Positions 38,534 to 49,322 of a stretch of 64,000 nucleotides of DNA are shown one piece after another. Under the pieces are notes generated by a model, which was not told the DNA's origin, ran no database searches, and saw only the letters and a program-made list of their open reading frames with translations. The DNA is taken from the sequence record DRR723986_1300. The stretch is one strand, 5' to 3'. Position 1 is the stretch's first letter; each line of letters begins with the position of its first letter. The position numbers and the translations under genes were made by a program.

Positions 38534-39481
38534 TTGGCCAGCGCGAACAAGCAGTTTCTCACCCCCGCCAGTTCGATCAATCGCGCGCTGGATGAAATCG
38601 GTGACAAGTGGTGCCTGCTGATTTTCCAGGAGGTGTTCTGGGGCATTAACTCCTTCAACGAGATGCTCACTGCCACCGGGGTGTCCCGCGGCGTGCTGTC
38701 CAATCGCCTGCAGTGGCTGCAGCAGGTCGGGTGCCTGCGCAAGAGCAAGGATGCGGGCCGCCCGCGCTACCACCTGACCGCCAAGTCGATTGAGCTGTAC
38801 GACCCGGCGCTGATGGCAATTGCCTGGGAGCGGCGCTGGTACCAGACGCCCGAGCTGGATGACGTCGCCCTGGTTCACCGGGTCTGTGGCGAGGCCTTTC
38901 AGCCGCAGCTGCGCTGCGGTCACTGCGCGGACCGGATCGATGCGCAATCCGTCCACTTTACTGCCGGCCCTGGCGCTGCCCTTGACCGGCGTGACAAGAA
39001 AGTACGGCGACGCTCGTCGATTGCCGTTACCGAGGTGCGCAGCCGACGCGCCCTGTATCGCAACCTGATCCACCTGGTCGGTGATCGCTGGACCGCCAAT
39101 CTCATTGCGCTGGCCTTTCACGGCTTGCAGCGCTTCGATGAGTTTCACGCGCAATTGCCGATCGCGACCAACATCCTCGCGTCCCGGCTCAAGTTCCTTG
39201 TGGCGGAGGGGGTGTTCCTGCAGGCCGCCTACCAGCTGCGGCCGTTACGCCATGCCTACCAATTGACGGACAAGGGCAGGGACCTGCTTCCCTGGTTCCT
39301 GACCCTGCAGCAGTGGGGTGATCGCTGGTGTGATCCGCAGGGTCGTGGTCGGCCGGTGGAGGTTCATCATGCCGCGTGTAACACGGCAGTCGAGGCGCGG
39401 GCATCCTGCAGCCACTGCCACGGTGAACTGCACGCCCACGAGGTGAGTTTCACCCTCGACGGGCGTGAGGCTGCGGTCTAG
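38534..39481 (+). CDS. Tandem-duplicated HxlR-family winged-helix regulator
   Basis: Two repeats of (I/V)GD(K/R)W...F.E....(V/I)..(V/I)L.(N/S)RL..L...Y.LT.K, each followed by HxxC...CxHC. TTG start 1 nt after the fhs stop. Confidence 0.82.
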   Translation: MASANKQFLTPASSINRALDEIGDKWCLLIFQEVFWGINSFNEMLTATGVSRGVLSNRLQWLQQVGCLRKSKDAGRPRYHLTAKSIELYDPALMAIAWERRWYQTPELDDVALVHRVCGEAFQPQLRCGHCADRIDAQSVHFTAGPGAALDRRDKKVRRRSSIAVTEVRSRRALYRNLIHLVGDRWTANLIALAFHGLQRFDEFHAQLPIATNILASRLKFLVAEGVFLQAAYQLRPLRHAYQLTDKGRDLLPWFLTLQQWGDRWCDPQGRGRPVEVHHAACNTAVEARASCSHCHGELHAHEVSFTLDGREAAV

Positions 39482-39484
39482 GGT

Positions 39485-40654
39485 TTACTCCGCCGGCAGG
39501 CCGGCCTGCAGTACCCGTACCAGGTTGAGACCCATGACCTTGCGGATTTCGGTTTCGGTGAAACCCTCGCGCAGCATCTGGCCGGTGAGCAGCACCAGCT
39601 CGCCGGTATCGAAGGGTACGGTGACGGTGCCGTCGTAATCCGAGCCCAGGGCGACGTGATCCTCGCCCAGCAGATCAATGCCATAGCGAATAGCACCGAC
39701 GATGGCCTCGGCGCTGGTCCCGCACACGGCCGCATCCCAGTAGCCGACCCCGATCAGGCCACCCCTGGCGGCAATGGCCTGCATCAGCTCATCGCTGATA
39801 TTGCGGGGGCTGTCACAGTGACCCTGGAAGCCGGTATGGCTGACCACCAGGGGAACGTCGGTGCGCGCCAGGACCTGTCGGACCACGGTTTCCGAGGAGT
39901 GGGCCAGGTCGATGATGATGTTTTTTGCCAGCATGCGATCCACCGCCTGCTCTCCGAACGGCGTCAGGCCCGCGCCGCTTTCACCGTGTAGCGAGCCGCC
40001 CAGCCGGTTATCGAAGAAGTGCTGCAGGCTCATCATGCGAAAGCCCGCGTCGTACAGGCGGTCGATGGTCTCCAGTTGGCCGTCCAGGGCGTGGGAGCCC
40101 TCGGTGCCGATCACCGCGCCAACCACGGTTTCGCCTTCCGCGCGTCGCAGCAGCAGGCTGCGCAGTTCGGCCTGGTTCCTGACCAGTTGCAACTGGTCGG
40201 GGTCTTCCTCGGCGATACGGCGCAGCTTTTCGGCCTGGTACAGCGCGCGTTCGGCGAGGCTGTCCCAGGTCTGCACCGGCCAGCGCTGGGTGAGGGCCAG
40301 CAAGGTGATGTTGTCGCCGGCGTCGCTGGCGTTCTGCTCGTAATTCTGCCCCGATGGTGACTTGGTGACCGAAGTGAAGACCTGCAGGGCGACGTTGCCC
40401 TGGCGCAGTCGCGGCAGGTCCACATGCCCGCGATCCGCGCGCTCTCGCAGGTCGCGCTGCCACAGGGTGCTGTCGCTGTGCAGGTCGCCGATGACCAGGG
40501 TTTTGTGCAGCGCCTTGGCCGCCTCCCCGGGCGGGGCGGTGTCCGCGCGCTCGATTGTGTTCATGCGCTGTTCCAGCATTCCAGGGACCAGGCTGAAAAA
40601 CAGCACCAGGATCAGGAACAGCAGGCCGATGGCGGTGAGCAGGCTGCGTTTCAT
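39485..40654 (-). CDS. Membrane dipeptidase (peptidase M19)
   Basis: N-terminal TM, DLHSD, GHVDLPRLRQG, EGSH, IIDLAHSS, VSHTG and ALGSDYDG. Confidence 0.9.
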   Translation of the reverse strand: MKRSLLTAIGLLFLILVLFFSLVPGMLEQRMNTIERADTAPPGEAAKALHKTLVIGDLHSDSTLWQRDLRERADRGHVDLPRLRQGNVALQVFTSVTKSPSGQNYEQNASDAGDNITLLALTQRWPVQTWDSLAERALYQAEKLRRIAEEDPDQLQLVRNQAELRSLLLRRAEGETVVGAVIGTEGSHALDGQLETIDRLYDAGFRMMSLQHFFDNRLGGSLHGESGAGLTPFGEQAVDRMLAKNIIIDLAHSSETVVRQVLARTDVPLVVSHTGFQGHCDSPRNISDELMQAIAARGGLIGVGYWDAAVCGTSAEAIVGAIRYGIDLLGEDHVALGSDYDGTVTVPFDTGELVLLTGQMLREGFTETEIRKVMGLNLVRVLQAGLPAE

Positions 40655-40793
40655 GAGAGCTACTCCGGGGTCGTGGCAGGTTTGATCCAGCATAGCAGGA
40701 TAGACCGGCCCGGAACCACGGCACGGTGGTCACTTGCCATTCGTACAGGCAAAGCCTTAGAGTGCTGGATTGCGCATATAAGAGGGTAGAACC

Positions 40794-43256
40794 ATGCCAA
40801 AGAAACTCCTGCTGGCAGCGCTGCTGGCCTTTCTTACCGCCTGTAGCGACAACGACAGTGGTGGCAGCGATCCGGTTGAACCGGGTCAGCCGGAACCGCC
40901 CGAGGTCACCCTCAGCGCGGAAATCCGCCGCACGGAGTTCGGTATCCCGCACATCAAGGCCGATGACTGGGCCAGCCTCGGATACGGCTTTGGTTACGCG
41001 TACGCCCAGGACAATTTCTGCGTCACCATGCGCGAGATTGTCTTCGCCCTCGGACGCTCTGCCGAGCTTATGGGAGAGGACATGGGAAGTGTCGAGTCCG
41101 ATTTCCTGTTCCGTTACCTCAATGGCGACAAGGCGGAGTTTGAAGAACAGTTTGTCAGTCAGCTCCCTGAGTTTGCCCGTGAGCTGGCGGAAGGCTATAC
41201 CCGCGGCATGAACCGTTACCTGGAAGAAACCGGTGTCGAGAACCTGCCCGAGGGAGATTACGGTTGTCGCAATGCGGACTGGGTGTTTGCCTTCGATTCT
41301 ACCGACCTGTTCCTGTTCCTGCGCCGGGAAGCCCTGCGCGGTAGCTCTGACCAGGGTATTTTCCGCAACGCGCTGCTCTCCGTTACCGGGCCCGACGAGG
41401 CTAACGTTGAACCCACCAGTGTCAGCGCCGCTGAGTTGAGCGGGGCGGCTGATGCCCTGGCGACCGCCACCGCCCCCCTGCGCGATATCGACCGCGGCAG
41501 CAACGGCCTGGCGATCGGCAGCGATACCACCCAGGATGGCAGCGGCATGCTGCTGGGCAATCCGCACCAGCCCTGGTTTGGTGCGGGTGCCTGGTACCAG
41601 GCGCACCTGACCCTGCCGGGGGAGTACGATGTGGCCGGTGCTGCTCTGCACGGTTTCCCGTTCATCGGTATCGGCTTCAACAAGGACGTGGCCTGGACCC
41701 ACACGGTGTCGCTGGCTAACCGGTTCAGCCTGTATGAGCTCAAGCTGAACCCCGATGACCCCTTGCAGTATGAGTACGATGGCGAGTTTCGCGATATTGT
41801 CCCGGTTGACGTGGAGGTCGAGGTCAAACTGGCCGACGACAGCCTGGAAACCCGCACCTTCACGTTCTACGAGTCGCACTTCGGGCCGGTGGTGAATTTG
41901 AAGGGTGTTTCCGGCTTGCTGGACGGCTGGCCCCTGTTCAACGGCTCGGTGCTCGCGTTTCGTGACGCCAACATCCTTACCGGTATTCGCGGTATCCAGC
42001 AGTGGATCACCAAGGGTCAGGCCAGTAATCTCGATGAGTACATCACCGCCCTCGACAGCATCGGCAACCCGGTATTCCACGAACTCGCCGCAGATCGTAA
42101 CGGTGAGGCCTTTTATGGCGAGGTGTCCGCAGTGCCCTTCGTCACCCAGGCGCAGCTGGACAGCTGTGTAAATGGCATCATCGGGCCCCTGCTGGCAGCG
42201 GCGACCACCAACGTGATCATCTCGCTGGATGGGTCGACCTCGGACTGCGAGTGGGGCGATGACCCACAAGCGCCGGAAGGCAGCAACCTGTACAGCAGCG
42301 CCAAGCTGCCGCAGCTGCGAACCCGCGACTACGTTGGTAACAGCAACAACAGCTACTGGCTGAGTAATCCGGCCCAGCCGCTGGAGGGCTTCCCGACGAT
42401 CATGGGTCCGGTTGGCCACGAGGGCTTGCAGCAGTTCCTGCGCACCCGTATCGGCCACCTGATGGTGGCAGAGCGCAAGGCGGCCAGCGATGGCTTCAGC
42501 GAAACGCCGCTATTCGATCTGGCGACCCTGAAAGAGCTGATGTACGCCAACCGCGTATACGGCGCCGAGATAGTGCTCGACGACGTCCTCCAGCTGTGTG
42601 ACGACGGCCTGGCCGCGGATACCCCGGAGGCCTGCGAGGTGCTGGCCAGCTGGGACCGCAAGGTCGATCTCGACAGCCGCGGCGCGCAGGTGTTCACCGA
42701 GTTCTGGAAGAGTATCCGCAGCGACCTGGGTAACAGCTTCCAGAACGTGGTCCAGAGTGACGACTTCTGGAAGGTGGATTACGACCCGGCAGACCCACTC
42801 AATACGCCCGCCGGAATCGATACCAGCCTGGAAGCAAACCGGGTCCAGGTAGCCAAGTCCCTGTTCCAGGCCGTGTCCAATCTTGAGGCTCGCGGTGTTG
42901 CGCTGGACGCCCCTTGGGGTGAAATACAGTATCTGGAGCGCAACGGAGAGAACGTCCCGATTCACGGGGGCGCTGGCACCATGGGTGTGTACGGGGCGAT
43001 CAGCGTCGGCCTGTCCGATGGTGGTTACGTCAATCCGGGCAGCGGCAACAGCTATATCCAGGCTGTGACCTGGAACGAGAGCGAGTGCCCGGTAGCGGAC
43101 GTCATCCTGGTGCCCTCCCAGTCAACCGATCCCGAGTCGCCGTATTTCGCCGACCAGACCAAGGCGTACTCCAACAAGGAGTGGGTGCGCTTCCCGTTCT
43201 GTGAGGACGAGATCAGCGCGGCCCAGGTCGGTGACACGCTGATCCTCGAGGAATAA
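40794..43256 (+). CDS. Penicillin/AHL acylase family Ntn hydrolase (PvdQ/aculeacin acylase-like), lipoprotein
   Basis: Lipobox LTAC, IRRTEFGIPHI.A, GYAYAQDN.C, beta-subunit start GSNGLAIG, NPHQPW, AWTHTVS and SQSTDPESPYFADQT. Confidence 0.9.
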   Translation: MPKKLLLAALLAFLTACSDNDSGGSDPVEPGQPEPPEVTLSAEIRRTEFGIPHIKADDWASLGYGFGYAYAQDNFCVTMREIVFALGRSAELMGEDMGSVESDFLFRYLNGDKAEFEEQFVSQLPEFARELAEGYTRGMNRYLEETGVENLPEGDYGCRNADWVFAFDSTDLFLFLRREALRGSSDQGIFRNALLSVTGPDEANVEPTSVSAAELSGAADALATATAPLRDIDRGSNGLAIGSDTTQDGSGMLLGNPHQPWFGAGAWYQAHLTLPGEYDVAGAALHGFPFIGIGFNKDVAWTHTVSLANRFSLYELKLNPDDPLQYEYDGEFRDIVPVDVEVEVKLADDSLETRTFTFYESHFGPVVNLKGVSGLLDGWPLFNGSVLAFRDANILTGIRGIQQWITKGQASNLDEYITALDSIGNPVFHELAADRNGEAFYGEVSAVPFVTQAQLDSCVNGIIGPLLAAATTNVIISLDGSTSDCEWGDDPQAPEGSNLYSSAKLPQLRTRDYVGNSNNSYWLSNPAQPLEGFPTIMGPVGHEGLQQFLRTRIGHLMVAERKAASDGFSETPLFDLATLKELMYANRVYGAEIVLDDVLQLCDDGLAADTPEACEVLASWDRKVDLDSRGAQVFTEFWKSIRSDLGNSFQNVVQSDDFWKVDYDPADPLNTPAGIDTSLEANRVQVAKSLFQAVSNLEARGVALDAPWGEIQYLERNGENVPIHGGAGTMGVYGAISVGLSDGGYVNPGSGNSYIQAVTWNESECPVADVILVPSQSTDPESPYFADQTKAYSNKEWVRFPFCEDEISAAQVGDTLILEE

Positions 43257-43305
43257 CGCGACATCCGCCAGGCGCCCCACCGGGCGCCTCTGGCCCGGGC
43301 GCCCC

Positions 43306-43331
43306 TGACCCGGGGCGGCCCTCCTTACGTC
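43306..43331 (+). promoter_or_regulatory. Possible ECF (RpoE/ChrR-type) promoter of the FeS photolyase gene
   Basis: TGACCC-N16-CGTC, about 20 nt before the ATG. Same geometry as the site upstream of the DASH gene. Confidence 0.35.
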
Positions 43332-43351
43332 CGGTCGGGTGATCCGCGCGT

Positions 43352-44899
43352 ATGACCCCCATGTCCTGTAAAAACCTGATTCTCGTGCTGGGCGACCAGC
43401 TTGGCGATGGCAACCCTGCGCTGCGTGATGCGGTGCCCGGTCGCGATGTGATCCTGCTTGCCGAGGTGGCGGAGGAGGCGAGTTACGTCCGCCACAACCG
43501 GCACAAGATCGTCCTGTTGTTTGCTGCCATGCGCCATCTTCGCGACACGCTGCGCGAGCGCGGTTTTGAGGTGATCTACTACACCCTGGCGGATGGCGTA
43601 CCCAGCCTGTGCGATGCGGCGTCCCGGGGATTACAGGCGAGCACGGCTGACGCCCTGTTGCTGTGTGAACCCGGGGAATACCGGCTGGCGTCCGAGATGG
43701 CCGGATGGGAGGCGACGCTTGGAGTTCCGGTCACGCTGCTGCCGGATAGCCGCTTCCTGGCATCCACCTGGGACTTCCAGCGCTGGGCCAGCGGGCGCAA
43801 GCAATTGCGCATGGAGTATTTTTACCGGGAAATGCGCAAGCGCTATCAGTTGCTGCTTGATGGGCAGGGCAAGCCAGAGGGTGGCAAGTGGAACTACGAT
43901 GCCGAGAATCGTCGCGGTTGGCGCAACCAGGAGGCAATACCCGAGCGGCCCGACGTGGCGCCTGATGCACTTACCCGGGAAGTCATCGAGGAGGTGCGGG
44001 CGGCGTTCCCGGATAACCCGGGTGATCTTGACCAGTTCCGCCTGGCGGTGACGCCAGCCCAGGCCCAGGCCCAGTTTGACTGGTTTTGCGAGCACGCCCT
44101 CGGCCACTTCGGTACTTACCAGGACGCGCTGGCCGAGGAGTCTCCCTGGCTTTATCACAGCCTGGTATCGATGTACCTCAATGCGGGACTGCTCGAACCG
44201 CTGGCCCTGTGCCAGCAAGTGGAACAGGCCTGGCGCACTGGCCGCTGCTCGCTGGCCGATGCCGAGGGTTTCATTCGCCAGGTGCTGGGCTGGCGCGAAT
44301 ACGTGCGGGGCATCTACTGGCTGACCATGCCCGAATACCGGTCCCGCAATACCTTTGCTGCCACCACCCCGCTACCGGCCTGGTTCTGGGACGGACAGAC
44401 CGGGATGCGCTGCGTCGCCGCGGCGCTGCAGCAGTCGCTGGACCTGGGTTACGCGCATCATATCCAGCGGCTGATGGTAATTGGCAATTTTGCCCTGCTG
44501 GCGGGGCTGGACGTAAGCGAGGTATGTGACTGGTTCCTGGCGGTCTATGTCGATGCCTATGAGTGGGTGGAATTGCCCAATACCCTGGGAATGGCCCTGC
44601 ATGCAGACGATGGGCTCATGGCCAGCAAACCCTATGCCGCCAGCGGTAAGTACCTGCAACGCCAGGGCAATCATTGCGCCAGCTGTATCTATGATCCGGG
44701 CATTATGACCGGTCCCGGGGCCTGTCCATTCAATAGCCTGTACTGGCGGTTTATTGATCGCAACCGGCAGTACCTGGAGAGTAACGGACGCATGGGCCTG
44801 GTGCTGGCCAACTGGCGCAAGCGTGGGCCAGGCGAACGCCGGGCCATCCTTGACTGGGCTGAGCAGGCGCTGGACGAGGTGCTCAGTCCCGGGTCCTGA
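43352..44899 (+). CDS. FeS-cluster bacterial cryptochrome/(6-4) photolyase (CryB/PhrB family)
   Basis: [53 protein letters not shown], and FeS cysteines in MRC, HCASC and ACPFN. Confidence 0.93.
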   Translation: MTPMSCKNLILVLGDQLGDGNPALRDAVPGRDVILLAEVAEEASYVRHNRHKIVLLFAAMRHLRDTLRERGFEVIYYTLADGVPSLCDAASRGLQASTADALLLCEPGEYRLASEMAGWEATLGVPVTLLPDSRFLASTWDFQRWASGRKQLRMEYFYREMRKRYQLLLDGQGKPEGGKWNYDAENRRGWRNQEAIPERPDVAPDALTREVIEEVRAAFPDNPGDLDQFRLAVTPAQAQAQFDWFCEHALGHFGTYQDALAEESPWLYHSLVSMYLNAGLLEPLALCQQVEQAWRTGRCSLADAEGFIRQVLGWREYVRGIYWLTMPEYRSRNTFAATTPLPAWFWDGQTGMRCVAAALQQSLDLGYAHHIQRLMVIGNFALLAGLDVSEVCDWFLAVYVDAYEWVELPNTLGMALHADDGLMASKPYAASGKYLQRQGNHCASCIYDPGIMTGPGACPFNSLYWRFIDRNRQYLESNGRMGLVLANWRKRGPGERRAILDWAEQALDEVLSPGS

Positions 44900-45032
44900 G
44901 TCGCTGACGCTGGCTGGCGCAGCGCCTGGAGCAGTAGACCACGTTCTCCCAGTTGCGCTTCCAGCGTGCCCGCCAGCTGAAGGGCAGGCCGCATACCGGA
45001 CAGGTTTTCTGCGGTAATTCGCGCCGTCCCAC
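44883..45032 (-). CDS. DUF2256 family small zinc-finger-like protein
   Basis: GTG start 1 nt after the DASH stop. [19 protein letters not shown]...[11 protein letters not shown]. Confidence 0.85.
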   Translation of the reverse strand: MGRRELPQKTCPVCGLPFSWRARWKRNWENVVYCSRRCASQRQRLRTRD

Positions 45033-45033
45033 G

Positions 45034-46332
45034 CTAGTCTCCGCTGATCGGCCAGTCCGCGGCGTCGGTGACAAACTCTGGCTGCTGCGGTCGCTGACCG
45101 CCCCACTTGGTGGTGAACAGCCCTTGCGGGTCGTGTTCTGCGGCCTGCTTTTCAAGTTTGAAGTGGCGGCCGCCCCTGGGGTCTGCACCGACCCCGGCCA
45201 GGTATTGCCAGTTGCCATAGTTGCTGGCGACATCGAAATCAATCAGGTGCTTTTCGAAGAACGCGGCGCCATAGCGCCAGTCCAGCCCGAGTTCGTTGAC
45301 CAGGCAGGAAGCGGCGATCTGGCGGCCACGGTTACTCATCCAGCCGGTGGCCACCAGCTGGCGCTGCAAGGCGTTGACCAGCGGGTAGTTGGTATCCCCC
45401 TGGCACCAGCGGGCGAATGCCCGCGGTTCGAAGGTGCAACGACGGACCTTGCCCCGGGGTGCGCCGGGGCGGAACAGGGTGATGTCGTCCTGGTGCGCTC
45501 GCCAGTGAAAATACTCGCGCCACAGCAGTTCGAAATACAGCCAGTAGGTGGATTCGTTGGCGCGATGCTGGGCCTCGAAGGACTTCAGCGCCCTGGCGAT
45601 GTCGCGCACCGAGAGGCAGCCGCTGGCCAGCCAGGGCGACAGGGTACTGGAACCATCGAGACCGTCGAGGGTATTGCGAGTCTGCTTGTAGTCGAGGATC
45701 GCCTGCTGTTCGAAGATGAACTGGCGCAGGCGGCGCTGGCCGGCCGCGGCGCCGCCCCTGATAGGCAGGGCGGTGTGGGGTCTGGCGCTTGCTTCCGGCA
45801 GGCGGTCGTAGCGGGCCGCCGGGGGTGGCGGCAGGGCTGTTGGTGCCGCCAGGGGTGCCGTGAATGCGAGGGTTTCGACTCGCTGTCGAAAAGGCGTGAA
45901 CTGGCCCGGCAGTTCCTGCAGGGGAAAGGGCAGGTCGGTTTCCGCGAACAGCGTATTTCCCTGGGCTACCTGTAACGGCACCGGCAGGCGCGCTGCCAGG
46001 GTCTGCAGGGTGCGGCGTTCGTAGTAGCCGGGCACCCGGCTGGTGCCGACCTGGTCGATCGCGTAGTCCCTGACCAGCTCGGGAATAACCAGCTCCGGTG
46101 AGCCCTGCAGGATCATCAGGCTCTGGCCGAGTTCGGCCAGCTCATCGCGCAGCGCCTGCAGGCTTTCGGTGAGGAAGCGCTCACGCTGCGCCCCCATCCC
46201 GGTCAGGTTGCACCAGGGCCGGTTCCGCGGCCACAGATAAACCAGCAGCAGCTGTGAGGCATCACGGTGCTGCAGCAGGCCGGGGTTGTCCTGCAGGCGA
46301 AGGTCGTTCTGGAACCAGTAGAGATGGCGCAT
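45034..46332 (-). CDS. Cryptochrome DASH / photolyase
   Basis: [70 protein letters not shown]. Confidence 0.93.
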   Translation of the reverse strand: MRHLYWFQNDLRLQDNPGLLQHRDASQLLLVYLWPRNRPWCNLTGMGAQRERFLTESLQALRDELAELGQSLMILQGSPELVIPELVRDYAIDQVGTSRVPGYYERRTLQTLAARLPVPLQVAQGNTLFAETDLPFPLQELPGQFTPFRQRVETLAFTAPLAAPTALPPPPAARYDRLPEASARPHTALPIRGGAAAGQRRLRQFIFEQQAILDYKQTRNTLDGLDGSSTLSPWLASGCLSVRDIARALKSFEAQHRANESTYWLYFELLWREYFHWRAHQDDITLFRPGAPRGKVRRCTFEPRAFARWCQGDTNYPLVNALQRQLVATGWMSNRGRQIAASCLVNELGLDWRYGAAFFEKHLIDFDVASNYGNWQYLAGVGADPRGGRHFKLEKQAAEHDPQGLFTTKWGGQRPQQPEFVTDAADWPISGD

Positions 46333-46360
46333 GGAGGGCTGTGCTCAGGGTGTAAGTGTT

Positions 46361-46387
46361 GTACGGCCGGGCGCTGCCCGTGGATTT
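46361..46387 (-). promoter_or_regulatory. Possible ECF (RpoE/ChrR-type) promoter of the DASH gene
   Basis: Minus strand AAATCC-N16-CGTAC, about 30 nt before the ATG. Confidence 0.35.
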
Positions 46388-46449
46388 GGCGGCAGGGCTG
46401 GTATACCCTCGCTGCCCTGAACCCGATTCCCATAGCAAGAGTACCGACT

Positions 46450-47559
46450 ATGAGCGACAACAGCGTCCTTTTCCGCCCCTTCAGTTACGGCAAGCTGGAG
46501 CTGCCGAACCGGATCGTCATGGCGCCCATGACCCGCAACCAGTCCCCGGACAACATTCCCGGGGACAAGTCGGTCGCTTATTACCAGCGCCGGGCAGCCG
46601 GCGGCACGGGCCTGATTATCACCGAGGGCACCTGCGTCAACCATATCGCTGCCAGTGGGTACCCGGACGTGCCCTATTTCTGGGGCGAGGAGCGCCTGGC
46701 GGGCTGGCAGAAAATTGTCGAAGCCGTACATGCCGAGGGTGGCAAGATTGCGCCCCAGCTGTGGCACTGCGGCGGAATGCGTCGCGCCGGTACGCCGCCC
46801 GAGGGCGATGTGGACGGTTATACCCCGTCAGGCATGAACGTGCCGGGCAAGGTTAACCGCCACATCATGAGCAAACAGGACATCGACGACGTGGTCCGTG
46901 CCTTTGCTGAGGGCGCGGCGGATGCCAAGCGCCTCGGCTTCGATGCGGTGGAAATCCACGGTGCCCACGGCTATCTCATCGACCAGTTTTTCTGGGAAGG
47001 CACCAACCAGCGCGATGACGAATACGGCGGCTCGCTGGCCAAGCGCGGGCGGTTCGCGGTGGAAATCATCGAGGCGGCGCGGGCCGAGGTAGGGCCTGAT
47101 TTCCCGATTATCCTGCGCTGGTCCCAGTGGAAGCAGCAGGACTACGATGCCCGCCTGGTGGAAACCCCGGAACAGCTGGAAGCGTTCCTCGCCCCGCTGA
47201 GTGACGCCGGTGTCGACGTTTTTCACTGTTCCCAGCGTCGCTTCTGGGAGCCGGAATTCGAGGGCAGCTCGCTGAATCTGGCCGGCTGGGTACGCAAGCT
47301 GACCGGTAAACCGGCGATCGCTGTGGGCAGTGTCGGCCTTACCGCCGATTTCATCCCGCAGCCGGGAGAAACCACCTTCCGTGAAGCCGAACCCGCCAGC
47401 CTCGACGAGCTGATCCGGCGGATGGAGGCTGACGAGTTCGACCTGGTTGCCGTTGGTCGCGCAATGATCGCCAATCCGGCCTGGGCCAACACGGTCAGGG
47501 ACGGGCAGACCGATAAACTCCACGCCTTTGAAAAGGAAATGCTGCTCTCGCTGGCCTGA
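46450..47559 (+). CDS. Old yellow enzyme family NADH:flavin oxidoreductase
   Basis: NRIVMAPMTR, QLWH.G, EIHGAHGYLIDQF, N.R.DEYGGS and DLVAVGR. Confidence 0.93.
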   Translation: MSDNSVLFRPFSYGKLELPNRIVMAPMTRNQSPDNIPGDKSVAYYQRRAAGGTGLIITEGTCVNHIAASGYPDVPYFWGEERLAGWQKIVEAVHAEGGKIAPQLWHCGGMRRAGTPPEGDVDGYTPSGMNVPGKVNRHIMSKQDIDDVVRAFAEGAADAKRLGFDAVEIHGAHGYLIDQFFWEGTNQRDDEYGGSLAKRGRFAVEIIEAARAEVGPDFPIILRWSQWKQQDYDARLVETPEQLEAFLAPLSDAGVDVFHCSQRRFWEPEFEGSSLNLAGWVRKLTGKPAIAVGSVGLTADFIPQPGETTFREAEPASLDELIRRMEADEFDLVAVGRAMIANPAWANTVRDGQTDKLHAFEKEMLLSLA

Positions 47560-47570
47560 CCGGGCCAGCC

Positions 47571-49178
47571 TCAGTACAGGCCATTGTCCCTGAGCAGCGC
47601 ATACAGCGGCTGGACGGCGTCGCCGTAGCGGCGCCAGCGGTCCACCGAGCTGCGGTAGATCGGCTGTCTGACCTGCACCGCGCTGGCGGTTGCAACCGCC
47701 GCGCCGGCGCGCGGTAAGTCAAGGCAGGCGGGCTCCCACTCAAGGCCGCAATAGTCCATCAGTGCCCGCGCCGTTGCCTCCGGCTCACTCACCAGCGCTT
47801 CGTAGTGCACCTCGTGAACGCCCCCCGGCAGGGTCGCCTGCCAGTGCCTGAGCAGTCGATCAAAACCGAGGTAGTAGCGGCCGCAGTCGAGCAGCTCGTA
47901 GTTGTAGTGGTAGTAGGGAAAGTTGCTCGCGAACAGCTGCCGGTAATTGCTCAGGCAGGTATCCATCGGGTCGCGCCGCAGGCAGACCAGCTTCGCCCGC
48001 GGTAAGGCCAGACGGATCAGGCCCAGGTACAGGATGTTCAGCGGCAGCTTGTCGACAAAGCGCGCGCTGTGGCCAGTGCGCGGCCGGGTGGCGTCGAGAT
48101 AGGCCTGGCCCAGGCGGCGCGGATCGAGCTGGCTGGCAGCGGCCAGGGTTGGGCCGTCCAGCACCTCGGCGGATGGCGTTGCCGCAAGACGCTTGCTCTC
48201 GACCGGGAAGGCCGCCAGTTCCCCGGCGGCGAATACCGCCGAATGCCCACCGAGAATACGTTCCACCAGGGTTGTGCCGGTGCGTGGCATGCCGACCACG
48301 AAGATCGGCTCGTCGGAGGCCAGGCCGGGCGCTGCGCGGGCGAACAGGTCTGCGTTGAACAGCTCGATCAGCGCATCGAACAGTTCGCGGTCCCGCTGCG
48401 CTGAATAGGCCGCCACAGAGGCCTGCGCGGACTTACCCCAGGCCAGCGCGTCCATGCTGGCCTGGTAGTCGCCGAGGTCCTCCAGCTCCTTGGCCAGCGC
48501 GTGTCCCAGGTGTAACTGGTCGCCGGCTGTATGAACCTCGGCGCGCAGTGCCTCCAGCCTCGGGATGTGGTTGTTGTCCCTGGTCTGCCGGCGCAGCTGT
48601 GCCAGGGCGGAATGCGCCTTGAACAGGGTCGGCTGCAGGGCGATTGCCCGTTCGTAGGCCGCACTGGACTCCTCGAAATCGCCGCTGAATTTAAGCGAGG
48701 CGCCGAGATTGAACCAGGCCTCTGCCACCGTGTCGGTATCTATCGCGGCTTGCTGGTCCCATAGTTCACAGACCTTGCGGAAACAGGACAGGGCTTCGTC
48801 GTGTTCGCCGCAATGGCTGAGTACGGTACCGAGCTTGCCGAGCACGCGGGGGCTCGCGGGCTTCGCCGTAACGGCCTGGCGGGCGCGCTCCAGTGCGGGT
48901 CCGGTTCGACGTTCGGCCACCAGGCTTCTGGCCAGTTCGCCGAGGTACTCGGGATTGCCCGGGTCCAGCGACAGGGCGCGCTCGAAAATCTCGACTGCCT
49001 TGAGATGTTGGCTATTGCCCGCCGCGATCACGCCGCACAGGAACCAGGCATCGGCATGGGTCGGGTCCTCGCGCAGGATAGCGAGGCAGGCCTCGTGAGC
49101 CGCCCGTGGCTTGCCCTCTGCCAGCGCTTGCTGGGCCGCGAGGTGCTGCTCCTTCAGGGTGGGTGATGGCGGCGACAT
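47571..49178 (-). CDS. TPR-containing sulfotransferase family protein
   Basis: N-terminal TPR-like helices, PIFVVGMPRTGTTLVE (PAPS loop), DKLPLN, RDPMDTCLS and TASAVQVRQPIY. Confidence 0.9.
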   Translation of the reverse strand: MSPPSPTLKEQHLAAQQALAEGKPRAAHEACLAILREDPTHADAWFLCGVIAAGNSQHLKAVEIFERALSLDPGNPEYLGELARSLVAERRTGPALERARQAVTAKPASPRVLGKLGTVLSHCGEHDEALSCFRKVCELWDQQAAIDTDTVAEAWFNLGASLKFSGDFEESSAAYERAIALQPTLFKAHSALAQLRRQTRDNNHIPRLEALRAEVHTAGDQLHLGHALAKELEDLGDYQASMDALAWGKSAQASVAAYSAQRDRELFDALIELFNADLFARAAPGLASDEPIFVVGMPRTGTTLVERILGGHSAVFAAGELAAFPVESKRLAATPSAEVLDGPTLAAASQLDPRRLGQAYLDATRPRTGHSARFVDKLPLNILYLGLIRLALPRAKLVCLRRDPMDTCLSNYRQLFASNFPYYHYNYELLDCGRYYLGFDRLLRHWQATLPGGVHEVHYEALVSEPEATARALMDYCGLEWEPACLDLPRAGAAVATASAVQVRQPIYRSSVDRWRRYGDAVQPLYALLRDNGLY

Positions 49179-49322
49179 GCGACTATGGTAGCGACTTCGC
49201 CACGCCCGGTCATTGGCGTGACGACGGTTTTCCCGCGGCGCGGGCATATTCACTTTACTCCTTGGCGGCAGTATCTTAGCGTGGATGGTCCCCAACAAGG
49301 ATCGGGAGCACGGGCAAGCAGG

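Noticed and set aside
43257-43320. GC-rich GGGCGCC repeats as REP or CRISPR-like elements
   Set aside because: Short local hairpins only, with no regular repeat-spacer structure and no copies noticed elsewhere.
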